Shown: one piece after another, positions 25,460 to 38,470 of the stretch
Position numbering within the stretch: position 1 is the first letter of the stretch
How the letters are laid out: each line of letters begins with the position of its first letter
From: Bispira polyomma
Lineage: Eukaryota
Assembly: GCA_965649765.1 (NCBI GenBank)
Contig: OZ287755.1
Coordinates: 59,396,001 to 59,460,000, forward strand
Direction: 5' to 3'
DNA length: 64,000 nucleotides
Position numbers and translations under genes: made by a program
The notes under the pieces: model-generated
Database searches by the model: none
The model's input: only the letters and a program-made list of their open reading frames with translations
What the model was told of the DNA's origin: nothing

Positions 25460-26870
25460 ATGCCGTGAGATTCAAGAGAAAGATGATGAAAAAGAAGTCA
25501 AGTCCATAGTTTCAGATGGGGGTTACATCTTAGGAATCCGAAGCACAGACGAAGAAAAAAGATAAGAGAGCTAGCTCACAGCAGAGGGAGGGGAAGAAGA
25601 AAAGATACCAAAGTGACAAAGAAAAGAATGGGTTAGAATTCACGGAGTCCCCCCAGTTCCGTGGTAGAGGTAGGAAAACAGGCAAGATGGTACACATTGT
25701 CCTCACTGAAGCTGACAAAGAGGCAGTAGTGGATTTTGGGAGGGACCACAAGGTACAACAATAGGCACGAGCAATCCAAGGACCGCTCACTGAAAGACTG
25801 ACTTTGGGATGAGCTTGCAACCAGCTGTGGCCTAAAGGTTGCAGACATCAGGACATAGTTTCCATTTCGGCAAACCCGTTTTGGCAAGCGGATGATTAAG
25901 AAGTCAGGCCAAGCACCCCCAGAGTTCACAGACAGGAAAATGTGGTTGCTGAGCGATCGCACATCGTCAAACACGTCAATTACTCAGCTTTCAAGCCCAG
26001 TGTGACGTCGTCCCAGGGAGCTTCAAACTCGCCTACCCCACCACAGACCAAGAGCCACAATCTGTCCAGGTGCTTGAGCATTGGTGGAGACATTGCCACA
26101 GAGACCAGCCTTTGTAGCAATCACATGCCATATCCACTCCGTCAAAGCTTGGACATCAGCACCCAACTGATGGAGCACCTGGGCCTAATGACAAGTATTA
26201 TAGCAGGTTTCGTGGTTGAAACAAAGAAGCCGGAGAAGCCAGAGTCTAACAGAGCCGCATTTTTTTCCTTTTGGGTGCCGAAGCAGAGAAGTGAGACGAG
26301 GGAGATTTTCACACTTTTTCAACACTTAGCAAAAATGATAGAGAGAGAAGTCAGCCATGTAGTGCTTTTACCAGAACTACTTCATCTGCTAGTTATACAC
26401 AGTCTACACCACCGGCAGCTGCATCCTATGTGCCAACAAACCAAGTTCTTTATGTGGATCAACCGTCGACTGCAAATTTTAGAGCCAGACCTGCAGCCAC
26501 GTCATAAGATGCAGATCCACCACACAACCACTAGTGGACCTTATTTTGTACTGGATGAAACTACAGCCACAACCAAGTCGGTTAAACTTGTTATCCCATC
26601 ACCAACTAAACAGTTTTTGAACCCACCGTCAGTTTCATCAACTTATGACGACACAGCACTAAACACCTCATTTGTTTCTTTAGACATTTTGCTACAGACG
26701 TGAACACTGATATGAGGTATGAACAGCTCTTCAGTCTTAAGCCTATCATCATTTCAACAACACCAAGCGATCAACCAACAATACAGCTTTTACCGCTTCC
26801 AGTACCACCACCGACCACTACCTCTGCATCACTATAGCAGGCTTCTCCTCTGCTGCCACAGTAGCTAGTT
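25460..26870 (+). pseudogene. Decayed MADF/Myb-SANT-like DNA-binding protein (Harbinger accessory ORF)
   Basis: LTEADKEAVVDF, then from 25802 LWDELATSCGLKVADIRT*FPFRQTRFGKRMIKKSGQAPPEFTDRKMWLL, a MADF-like signature. A Pro/Thr/Ser-rich tail follows; there are many stops and frameshifts. Confidence 0.7.
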
Positions 26871-26918
26871 AGCAGTCTCTGTGTGTTGATCTTGAGACCT
26901 CCCATTGTCGTACTTCCA

Positions 26919-26940
26919 GGTTGTTTTCAGGACCACCCAA
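26919..26940 (+). terminator. Histone-mRNA-like 3' stem-loop (degenerate)
   Basis: GGTTGT-TTTC-AGGACC-ACCCA versus the metazoan pattern GGYYYT-TTTH-ARRRCC-ACC. Confidence 0.5.
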
Positions 26941-27249
26941 ATCTTCCACACACACCCACAGCCACCCCCCCACACACACATACACACACGCACCAAAAGA
27001 AAAACACGCACAAGTGGTCACACCAATGACAGGGTTTGAACCCATGATCTCTGACACTCAATGACCCATTAACCTATCTTTTGCAGGGGAATGTTTAGGT
27101 TATATAATAACGGGACCACAGTAGGAAGTTTTCATGTCAGTAAAGGTCTTTTGTTCAAATGTATTTCAAGAAGGAGTCTCTGTCTTCAATGTGCCTAAAA
27201 TATTTCATGTTATGGGTAACTGATGGGATTTCAGATCACCTAGCAACCT

Positions 27250-29375
27250 TTGCCTATTTAAATTTACCAATACCTGCCTCACATAAACCTTGTGTCATAT
27301 AATACAGAAATATCAGAAAAATCAATATAAACAAATTTAGAGACGATATCCTGGAAACTAATATCATCAAACGTCCATGCAAAAATGCTAAAAGCCTTAA
27401 CCTACAATACAATAACTGCCTTTCTACTGTCCCTGATAAACATGCGCCATGGGTATCAAAAACCCTTCCCCCAACTAACCCCCATGAATGGACCAATGCC
27501 GCCATTACAGAGGCCAAAAGACGCAAACACCAACTTGAGCGTCAATGGCATGCACAAAATCCTCCTTAGACAGAAGCTGTTACCGTATCGCCACAAATAA
27601 TTACAACAAGCTAATAACTGATGCCAAAAAGCAACATTATGACTATATCATCACTGAAAATCAGGATAATCCCAAAAGGTTATGGGCCTCCATAAACAAA
27701 ATTCTACATCGAACATCAGAGAAAGCTCTCCCCATAAACCACTGCCTTATTTTTTTAGCCGAAAAATTTGGAAAATTTTTTATACAAAAAATCAGCAACA
27801 TTCGTGACGCCTTCCCAACGATACATCTCTTCAATCCTCCAGCCCCAGGATATAAGGTTTGTAACCTGTTTCATTTCAGTACACTGTCAGAGCTTGAAGT
27901 TCTAAAACTCATCAAATCCTCTACTATTAAATCTTGTGAATTAGATCCCATCCCAGCAGTTATTCTAAGTCAATGTCTTGACATTCTAGTCACACCCATA
28001 ACAAACATATTAAATTTTTCTCTTCGGGATGGTGTTTTTCCCACCTGTTTCAAGACAGCAAATGTAACTCTCTTGATTAAAAAACAAGGGCTTGATAAAA
28101 ACCAGCTCAAAAACTACAGACCGGAATCAAACCTCAGCTTCGCCTCAAAAGTTATCAGAAAGCTGTAGCTCAACAAATTTCTGACCACCTGAATAGACAA
28201 AACATTGAAAATCGCCACCAGTCTGCCTATAGAAAATTTCACTCCGATCCTACCTTACTCTTCGGGCACAAAGAATTAAATTAGATGATCACCTATCATT
28301 ATCCATAAAGCTACCATATGGAGTACCCCAGGGATCCGTCCTTGGCATTCTACTTTTCACCCTTTATACACATCCTCTCAGCACTGTCATCAATAAACAC
28401 AGTATAAAACATAACATGCATGCATATGACACTCAAGTCTATATCTCTCAATCCACAAAATGCAAATACTAACATAGACCGACTTTCAGACTGTCTGTCT
28501 GATGTCTAGGCGTGGATGAACTACTCCAAACTAAAGCTTAACCCTGACAAAACAGAATTCATCCTCATAGGAAACAAGAAAAACAGTGAACTCCTAAAAT
28601 CTTTGTTTCCCATCTCCCTGCTGGGAAAAGACATACTACCTTCCGAAAATGCTAAAAACCTAGGTGTCACTTTCGATTCAGCTTTTTCGTTCGATACTTA
28701 TATTGCCAACATCTGTCGCTCCTGCTATTACCACATACGCGACATCGAAAGAATCAGAAACCACTTGTCCATGGACACAGTGATAACTGTGGCAAATGCC
28801 CTTGTGAGTAGCTGCCTCGACTACTGCAATTCTCTCTTGTACGGAGCAAAAAAGTCATACATTAAAAAGCTCCAGTCCATCCAAAACTACCTATGTAGGG
28901 TTATTTTTCGCCTGGGTTGTCGCACAGACGTCACTCCTTACCTTAAAAAAATTACACTGGCTGCCCATTAAATCTCGCATGTTGTTTAAGATTCACGTTA
29001 CCACTTTTAAGGCTGTAGTCACTCAACAGCCCACCTACCTTGCCTCCCTTCTTTCCTTCAGTAACCGCAAGAGAGGCAACAGACTCTCCGTCACTTTGGT
29101 CAGACCAATCAGAAAGGCGGGATTCAAAGCGTTCTCCACTGCAGCTCCACGGTTTCAGTTGACACACTTATCGGTTTTAGGAAAAAGCTCAAAACCTATC
29201 TTTTTAATCTTGCCTACCCACCTTAGCTTCCCTCGTGTACGCTTCCACTTCCTTCCTTACGACTTTGCAATGTCCATGGACTTAATGATTGGGAAAATGA
29301 TTCTGCTGTTGCGCTTTAGAAGATGCCTAGCATCAACAAAGCGCGTTAAAATTCTATAATAATAATAATAAGTAA
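27250..29375 (+). mobile_element. L2/CR1 LINE ORF2 fragment (RT), decayed, inserted in the Harbinger relic
   Basis: Peptides KSCELDPIP, KNYRPESNLSFASK, GVPQGSVLG, KLKLNPDKTEF and SCLDYCNSLL, with a (TAA)n tail at ~29356. Confidence 0.9.
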
Positions 29376-29532
29376 TAATGTTGGACTCGAACGTATTCTG
29401 TTTCAATAGTGGGACCCAAAATATTACATGTATGGATTTTGGGTTCGAACCTTATAAAGTGTGATTTGTGAGATCTGATTGGGTTAGGGAGTAAGGGGTA
29501 ACAACAGCTTTGTAATTGTTTTTGGAATATAT

Positions 29533-29559
29533 TGGTGGTCTTGAAAAGGACTTTTTTGG
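29533..29559 (-). terminator. Histone-mRNA-like 3' stem-loop (degenerate)
   Basis: The minus strand reads CCAAAAA-AGTCCT-TTTC-AAGACC-ACCA. Confidence 0.55.
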
Positions 29560-29639
29560 TTACAGCTACTGCGGCATCTAGGGCTTGGTGTGGCTTCTCA
29601 TTAATCTCAGGTGGTTAGGCTCAGGTCAGGCTCAGGTCA

Positions 29640-29850
29640 AGACCTAATATTCTGTCATTCAGCCACGAGACTGCCCCCTCATTCATAAAGTAGTCCATTA
29701 AAGTATCCCTTTGCTCTTACACCGGTCTAGATGGATTTCTTTTTTCATTGGTCAATTGATCCCCCACCAGCTGCTTCTCAGACTCAAACGGATCATCTTG
29801 TGAATTTGGGTGCTCCAGTGCTTGGCTCCCACAGCGGCTTCTTAAAATGT
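29640..29850 (-). pseudogene. C-terminal remnant of PIF/Harbinger (HARBI1-like) transposase
   Basis: The minus strand from 29716 reads EQRDTLMDYFMNEGAVSWLNDRILG, matching the 'RD.L..YF...G.V.WQ' C-terminus of Harbinger transposases. It is convergent with the MADF-like ORF. Confidence 0.6.
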
Positions 29851-30999
29851 TGTGTAATATAACACATTTTTTTGGTTTTTAAGTTTTTTTAATTATTACA
29901 TTTTTACATTATAATACAATTCACAATGACAACACAAAGAAGAACTGTTATACAGAGACATATACAGTGGTATTATTACTAATATTATACATAGTGACAA
30001 AAGTAGTAAAATTTACAAATCAGTTTGAAAGACTCTATTTTTAATATTATTAGGCGTACAGATATTAGCAATCGTTTTGAGTTGGAAGATTTTGGTTAGT
30101 GTATAGTCATGTGATATAATATTTAGGTCACATTATTTCGCAGATCTCTCGAGCTGCAAATTTTACAAAAGTTCAATGAAAAATATCGTGGTTGTATAAA
30201 AGTTCAATGGGGATGTTATCCTTTAATGATAAAGTAAATATATTTACAAAGAACCAATACTTATGCATCATATATTTAAATCTGAGGCTATTATTTGGAA
30301 TAATGACTAAGAATTAACATTTTATTATATTTTGCAAAGTCATATAAGTTCATTTGTTTATGTGCTCCAAAGATTTTTACTTCCGTTGAACTACGCATGC
30401 ACACTCGGAACTACGAATTGGTTTATATCTTCTATTTTCGTTTTATTGGTAGTTGTGAACAATGACTCGATCTACCTAATTTTCCATTGTTCTTCCTTGC
30501 TATATACACAGTATCGTTTGAAGTATGACATCAGTTTTAGGTGAAGGTCGTTGGAGAATTGTGAACAACATGTGGATATCCATCTGTGTACTTAAGTATC
30601 ACTCACCTTAATTCTGTCTTTGAAAGCATGTGTTATAAATAGCCTATGTGAAGGCCTATATAAAACAATCAAATAAATTAAATAATTAAACAGTTCATAT
30701 ATGTGATACAACAACCCTCAGTACTGTATACTATACACAAAACAGATATTAATTATCTAAAAACTTCAGTATATAGGACCACAGCTTTTTATAAAACAAT
30801 TAAATAAATTAAAATACTTTATACTCCGGAAACTTCTACATACAAAACAAACACAAGTTTTTCAAAATTCTTTTTTTTTCACTGAAGCGTTTGACTGGGG
30901 CCTCACAAAATGTGGGAGGAAAAGTAAAAAAGGTTTATATAGTTATATATAACCTCAAACCTAGTATTAGCCACATATATAAATCGTTCTTTAAAAAGG

Positions 31000-31900
31000 T
31001 CTTCTACATAGGGAACCCATCAGTAGTTTGAGTAGATAAAATTGTATGTCTTAATTACAAACAAAATAAAATAAGGATTAAAAATATAAGATCGACTGCC
31101 GCATGCTGTACAGCAAACAATGGCTACTGCTGAAACAAAATTTGACTTCGTGAAGAAAAATGATAGAAAGTGCTGTCTTTACAAATTTCCCTAGTGTTTT
31201 CGTTTCCCAGAAGAACATCCCTAGTCAGACTTTGTCTGCCAAGATATCACAATTATTAATAATTATATCTATTGAGTAAAAAATACATTTTGGTGAAATC
31301 TTAATTTTCCATGTACGCAAATTTAAATTGCAATTGATCACTCTGTTTATAATTTTATATTGGAAAGATTAAAGGTACGGTTTTTTTACCATAAAGTGGA
31401 CCCAGTTAAATATTTTCTGCCGAGGAGCAACCTCAAGAAACGGATAGGCTTCAATCCATTTTTCTATAGAAGATGCTGTTGTAACTTATCATTTGTGGGC
31501 ACCCAGTATAATACCGTATTACATAATTTTGAGAAATCTGCTAATTTACCCTTTACTAGAATTCTTGGCTTTGCGCTTCTTGTCGGATTCGACATTAACA
31601 TGTTTTTTAAAGCACCTTTTCAAGCCTGTGGTATTGAACTAAAATGATATTGTAAGTTAAAAAGTTTATATTCAATCTCATCTTCATTGCAAACTGTTCA
31701 AAAGATACAATACTGCCATTATTTGATAGTATATCCCATTTTACTAAATCCTGGGTGTCGGCTGCCTGTAATTTCAAATCTTGTGACTGTAAAGGCTTAT
31801 TTCCAGAACATATCAATTTATTATCATAAATAAATTCATGTATTATATATTGGTCTTACTGACGAGGATAATATTTATGTTTATATTTCTTTTTTTAAAC
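31000..31900 (-). mobile_element. L1/Tx1-type LINE 3' fragment
   Basis: DILSNNGSIVSFEQF...NINFLTYNII resembles the L1/Tx1 ORF2 region downstream of RT. Heavily decayed. Confidence 0.5.
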
Positions 31901-32519
31901 AGTTTCAGACAGTAGAAAAACCTGTGGAATTTAATCTATATTTTTTTGGGATTTAAAAAAAAACACACACAACAAACTTTAATTGGGTTAATTAGATACC
32001 TAAGTTTTGCGTCACAAGTTGATGGATATATTAAGAACTACTTAAATAAGGTACTTATAAAGAGTTAGATATTAAGTATTATTGGACCAAGTTTCTCAGT
32101 TCTGTGTCTGATGACCAATGGTCATCATGAGGTGTTCATGTGTTAATATATAAATAAAGACCAAGTGGCACTAGATCATGTAAACTTAACGGTGTACGAG
32201 GGCCTTTAAGCCCGAGTACCCATTCAATTCACATAATGTAAGTGGCACAAGGTGTATATCTATCATAAAACCCAAATAATTAAGTGTAAAAAAACCTTTA
32301 ATTAAGAATGCAACTTTAAATATATACTTTATTATATAGATAAACACCAAGTGGCACTGTATTATAACATCCAACCCAACTAAAACAACATTTTTGAATG
32401 AAAATTGAAATTAAATTAAGAATGCTTCTTTAAATATTTATAGTTAATAAATATAAAAATAATGTAGTGGTAGCGTTTTTTCTACCATTTAATAAAGTAT
32501 TACCAGTATTATTATATTT

Positions 32520-33180
32520 TGGCGACCATCTTGAATCTGCGTCAAAAATGTCTGTTATCTCAGAAACTGTGCTAGATAGAGTGATTTCGAGATAATTTTC
32601 TACCCGTAGAGTATATTTGCTAGGTAGAGTGATTGCGAGATAATTTTATACCCATAGTGTTTATATCTGTGTCTTTTTCAAAAAGGTTTGTTATCTCGCA
32701 AACAGTGCAAGATGGAGAGCGATTTAGAGCTCAATTTCGACCCAAAGGGCTCATTCTGTTAGTGTAAACTTAAAAAAAAATATTTGATTTTGGCTACCAT
32801 CTTGAATTTCTGTGTCTTTTTTTAAAAACATCTGTTATCTTGGAAACGGTGATAGATAGATTGATTTTGAGTTCATGTTTTACCCACAGTGTTTATTTTG
32901 CTGATGTCAACTTTCTTAAAAATTTCCGGTCTGGGCGGCCATCTTGAATTCCTTTTTTCAAAACGTCTGTTATCTCGGAGACGGTGCAATGCAAGATAAA
33001 ACGATTTCGAACTAATTTTTTACCTTTAGGGCTGATTTAAGTTATGTGAACTTTTCAACAATTTTTCTATTTTGGCAGTCATCTTGAATTTCTGTGGCTT
33101 TTTAAAAAAATGCCTGTTATGTCAGAAATGGTGGGATTTAGAGCTAATTTTTAACCCATAGGGCTTATTTTGTGAAAATT
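32520..33180. repeat. Degenerate ~130-bp tandem array (GGCGGCCATCTTGAA / TATCTCGGAAACGG motifs), possibly Helentron-associated
   Basis: GGC..CCATCTTGAAT and TGTTATCTC.GAAAC.GTG.TAGATAGA motifs recur about five times. The family assignment is inference. Confidence 0.6.
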
Positions 33181-34783
33181 GTGTCAACTTTGTGAATTCA
33201 ATTATACTTCAACCTAAAAGTACACTAAAACAACTATATTATTGCTTCAACGTTAGGGACACTTCGTTTTTGTTTTCAACAACTGTTTTCTAGTTTTAAA
33301 TAAATTTTTTTATAACACGTGTCTCTTGATATAAAATATGATTGTACTGAAATTTATATTTTCAAACATGTGACACATAAAATAACATATATTCTGTATT
33401 GTAAACATCAGACAAATGCAATTTTATAAAAAAAATCTGTGTTTTATTTGCAATAAATATCGAGAGAAGAATCATTTGATAATCTTTTCACTGCTTTTTT
33501 CTTGACTGACATTTATCCCCAAAACAGGAACGAAGTAAATTTGAATTTAGTTTAGGCTTTTCATGGTCAACTTCACCGTGTTTAGGTCACATATCATGAC
33601 GTGCCAGATTCATTAGTGGAAGAAAAACCACAGGCCGTCTACAGCAAGTACCCAGCAAGTACCATCATATTTGATTTGATTTTTTGGTTTGATGTCACTT
33701 TCAACACAGTATATATAGGTCATATCACAAGGGGGCAGATTTTCAGTGCTGGTGGAAAACTAGTGTATTTTCACTATTACGTTCAAGATTCTACGCAGGT
33801 AATGGTAATGGGGCCAGTTGTTACATAAAGGTAACTCTTTTAACCGTAAGAGAACAAACAGGGATTTAAGCCCACATCTGTGATAGGCCAGTGATTATAT
33901 GACAGTAACACTTCCTAACCGACACAGGCCACCACATCCCATAATGTGATGCATGGCTCAAACTTTTTTAGGAGTAAACTGAGGGCCTTCCTTTTTGAAC
34001 AGGCCTTTCTACCTTAGCCGTTGCAACCATTCCAGTAGTCTTCCTGGGTATGACCACCATCCGCCAACTGATTTTTGATTTTTTGATTAATGCTTAGGTT
34101 TGTCGCACCGTAGAATTCGTTGTACGAAGATTAAGTGCTATAAAAGTACGACTAGATTAGAAAAACGGGAACACCCAATTATTAAGGCTTATTAGTAAAA
34201 AAAATAGTAATTCAAACTTGCCTCAAAAACATTGATTGGTCTGTGTGGGATTTTCCTAATAAGGTATATTGCCTATGTCTTATCTATATTTATTTGGGTG
34301 TGTCTGAGACACCAGCATATCAATCAGAAATCACCCTATTAGTCCTAATGAACTGAAGTGTTTTTTTCACAATCATTAGTCAATTAGGCCCTTCTACTAG
34401 TAGGGTTTCAGATAAGTGTCTGTAAACTCCACCCATCTGCGCAGTAACAGAGATATTTAACTATTATGCTGCCAGTAGCACAGTAGAAATAAATCAAATA
34501 TTAACGGAAATTGACGAAGAAAAGACTCGCAGTATACCATGTGCATGATGGGCCATATAGCAACATTTTAATTTTTGAATTTGTGAAGGTAAAACTTTTT
34601 TTAACATAAGGTGGAACAGCTTATTTTATTGTGATTATTGTGCTTTTTGTTGCATCAAAATCCCTTGAGAAATGACAAAAATATTTAGGTTTAAATACAG
34701 GTACCCATTTTTACATAGGTGGTTTAATATATTTTATAAAATGTGACACATCATTGGCAGTTCTTGTCTAGTCAAATGTCGCA

Positions 34784-36501
34784 TGTTACAACATATAATT
34801 TATCAAAAACCAAAAATATATCAACCTCGCCAATAACGTATCACAAGTTGACCAATAATGTATCAACAACCAATAACGTATCATATTTGATCAATAATGT
34901 TTCAATTCACCAACCCAATAACGTTACAACCCTCGACCGATAATGTATCAAATTTTACCTCGCCAATAATGTATCAACACATTAACCAATAATGTATCAG
35001 CAGTGAATTAAGGCAAATATTACTTACATGTTAGTAGCATGAATATCAAATATTAGGATATAAATCTTGGATGATTCTGGTCCTGTTTTTTTTATTCTGC
35101 ATTTACCTCTTCCAATTTATATTTATGTCTGTCTGGGTGATATATTATTTTTGGTTGACCATCGTCTGGCAGTCACTTTTGTTTCCAGACATCTAAGGAT
35201 ATACTAATCAGTGTGTCAACACCAAATTTTAAAATATCCTTTGGGTTCAATTTCTTATCGAGCTTGGTTACCATTGTTTTTTAAATTCTGGATATTTAAG
35301 AAAATGTAACGGTTCTTTCTATTTCATATATGAGCTGGTCTTGGTAATACCTTGCTTGGGATTAGTTCTTGCCACAAGCTCAACTCTAGACATGCTGCCA
35401 TGACAATGATCTTTTGCCATGGCAACAACCTAGATTTTTGTTTTCAGGCATTTGAAGCAAAAGTACTGATCGCATCTTCACTATTTCTTAACATATAGCG
35501 TTGAGTGGGGTTGGTAGCTGGAGTAGAATGGGGGAATAATTGTGTGTGTGTGTGTGTGGGGGGGGGGATAAAAGTTTTGGTTAAGTGATCTTATTAACAG
35601 GAAACCAATTTGTCATTGTTTTTCTTGTACCAGGTAATTCAAACTCTACTTAACAACAACCTTAAATTTAGCATCTTTAACAACAAACATGATACCATAA
35701 ATTACTTGGTATTTGTGGGGAATTTTATACTTTGGATTGCTGTATTCGATTAATATCTTTTTATTTAAGTTATATACAGGTTTATGATTATTAATGTTTT
35801 TTTTACTATTTTTGCAATGCACTCAGGTACCATGACCTTTTACCATCATGTAGAAGTGTTTTACCATCATCACCAAGTCTATAACGTTCTTTATTCCTGT
35901 ATATACAACTATAGGAGCATACATTCTAGATGGAGCATGCATACAGGCTTATTTTTGGGTCTCTGTGGCCTAGTGGTTAGAGTGTTTGACTTAGAATCAG
36001 AGAGTCCCAGCTACAAACATTACCTCATCAATAACAAAACTTGTTAAATTTTAATCAAAATTGCTCTTTGCTCTGTTTGACATGGAATCAGAAGTGTTTT
36101 CAAAACCACTTGCTACAAAGCTGAATCGACTGACCATTTTGAAGTAATGCTTGTTGGGTTATTTTAACATGAGAAAGATCAAAATGGATATTATAATCCT
36201 GGGCCAATATCTTGAGGACAATGTTGTATCTGTATTTTTGAAACTTACTCCTCACTTTTGGCAAAATAAGCTGCAAATGCTTTAACTTTAATGCCAACGG
36301 CGGCCATTTTGTTTTCGAGAACATGCCCTAAATAAATCCCAAGCTTGCTATACCAATAATAAACCCATGTATTAACTTTGGTGAGGAGAGATTAGCTTAG
36401 TTTATTCGGGGCGTCACACAATTGTTAGAGCTTTGGATTGGAGGCAACCAGTACATGTATTTTTTCTGCAGTATAGACCAACAACCACCAGCACGTATGC
36501 A

Positions 36502-36539
<38 letters not shown>

Positions 36540-37891
36540 TACGCCTAATTGGTGAAATTGCCCATTTTGTGAAATAGGCAAGAAAATTTCCCAATTCGTG
36601 AAATGGGCAACTCGCTAGAACATTTAATAAAATGGGCCATTTTTGTGAATTTCAAGTTGCCCATAACACTTTTTCACACACTGTTGGTCCCACAGGTTTA
36701 CAATGTGAAACCCACTTGTGGGCAATCTTATGTACAAAAAAATATTTTTTCATTCACAGATCTTAAAAACATTCAGATAGTGGGATATTAGACAATTAAC
36801 AAATATGTAATAATTTATTATCCAACAATTTATACTTTACATTAATAAATTTGACTTTTTGGTTCAGGGGCGACTTTTAAAAACAATGTTTAAACTTTTT
36901 TTACATATTAATAGAAAATAAAATTTTGCCCTTGTCATGAAATGTGTGAGTTGCCCATTTCAAGATATAGGAAATTTTCTTGCCCATTTCACAAAATGGG
37001 CAATTTCATTAATTTAGTGTAACATATATATGTTACAGTCAATCTGTAAAACCCAGTCATTACTGTGATGACTGAAATTTTCAGTCATTTCACGTAATGC
37101 CTGAAATAAGGTTCAGTCATTATGCATAATGACTGAAACTTCATTGAGAAGACAATAATATTATATATCATGATCACATATTTTTCAAATGCAATTTTTT
37201 ATGTAAATTTAAATATTTTTAATACCTGATCTTCTTGGTAGTAGGTGTTTGCCTTTTCTTTCATTGGAATTTGGTTTAACACAACATTTGTGAGTCTAGT
37301 GACCTGTGTCGTAGCAGTAGGAACTTGACTCATGTCATAATTAATTAATGCCATTCTGTCAGTATTACTTTACAGTATACATGTGGATAGAAACCTGTCA
37401 CCTTGAGATTATTAAATCCATTTAGAAAAGGCTGATCATATTTGAAGTCACTTAATACAACTTACTTGTCTTAAGACAGATTTAATGGGGGCGAGCAGGA
37501 CACACACCTCTGTTTGATCAGTTTTGCTTTACCAATTACATTTAAAATACCTTTTTGAGGACGAAACATTTAATTCACAGCCATGTGTTCCCTTCCAACC
37601 CCCTATGCACTTTTCAAGTACACACATGTATATATGTAAACATATATAAAAACTATATTTCAAATGTTTGTTCATTGATACATTATTGGTTAATGTGTTG
37701 ATACATTATTGGCGAGGTTATATTTGATTCATTATCGGTCGAGGGTTGTAACGTTATTGGGTTGGTGAATTGATACATTATTGGTCAAATTTAATATGTT
37801 ATTGGTTGTTGATACGTTATAGGTCAACTTGTGATACGTTATTGAGGAGGTTGATGCATTATTGGTTTTTGATAGATAATCAGTTGTAACA
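34784..37891. mobile_element. Non-autonomous DNA element with ~215-bp sub-repetitive TIRs, TGT...ACA ends and 6-bp TSD
   Basis: 34784-35000 is the inverted repeat of ~37675-37891, built from CCAATAAYGTATCA subrepeats. GTCGCA lies at 34778-34783 and 37892-37897. Confidence 0.88.
36537..37024. mobile_element. Nested MITE with ~75-bp TIRs and TGT...ACA ends
   Basis: TGTTACGCCTAATTGGTGAAATTGCCCATTTTGTGAAAT... is inverted against ...ATTTCACAAAATGGGCAATTTCATTAATTTAGTGTAACA. It sits in a TA/TG microsatellite. Confidence 0.8.
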
Positions 37892-38059
37892 GTCGCAGAC
37901 AGTTAAATGTCCTTATATTGAAGTAAATGTACTTCAGAGTGCTGGTAATGCTCTGCACACTGGTCACTTGGCTTATTTAGAAAGTTAACCAGCGAGACAT
38001 GTGCATAACTTCAGTAAATTCTACCAGTATCTTACTACCAGTTGAACGCGGCTAATGTA

Positions 38060-38470
38060 TTGATTTTTCTCACTTACAAATAATGCTTGTGTCACCTTAG
38101 TTCTGGATTACTTTAGTAGTTTAAATGTATGCTTCATGATTTCTTTTATTACACGTGGAGATCGATCTATTTTATTGACATCTATTTTGTTCTCAGAGAA
38201 AAAAATCTACTTTGTCCGATCGGTATGTCCCCCTGGTATGGCCTTGACATGTATTATTGGTTCAAATCTATTGAAGTTAAATGTATCGTGCATGTGTTAT
38301 TCCAATATCTCACAAACATATATGTATATATGTGTGTGTGTGTGTGTTTTTATATATACAGGAGCAGGTGGATAATATATTGATATTAACTACTCTTATT
38401 AGAGATGAAGTTTTATATTATAAACTGTGAATGATTAGAAACAGAAGGAATAATTACTTGTAATTGTAAT
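38060..38470 (+). repeat. Segmental duplication of the TMEM45 upstream region (paralogous to ~19720-19907 plus 21201-21430; homology resumes at 40795-41210 = ~21760-22230)
   Basis: Shared blocks include TTAGTTCTGGATTACTTTAGTAGTTTAAATGTATG and TGGTTCAAATCTATTGAAGTT.AATGTATCGTGCATGTGTTATTCC. Confidence 0.88.

Noticed and set aside
25942-26703. 253-aa ORF as an intact host gene
   Set aside because: Non-ATG start, and it appears to be a frame-mixed piece of the decayed MADF-like transposon gene.
29860-30640. Possible additional LINE 3' fragment
   Set aside because: It has a T-rich start and patchy coding-like character, but no motif I could assign confidently.
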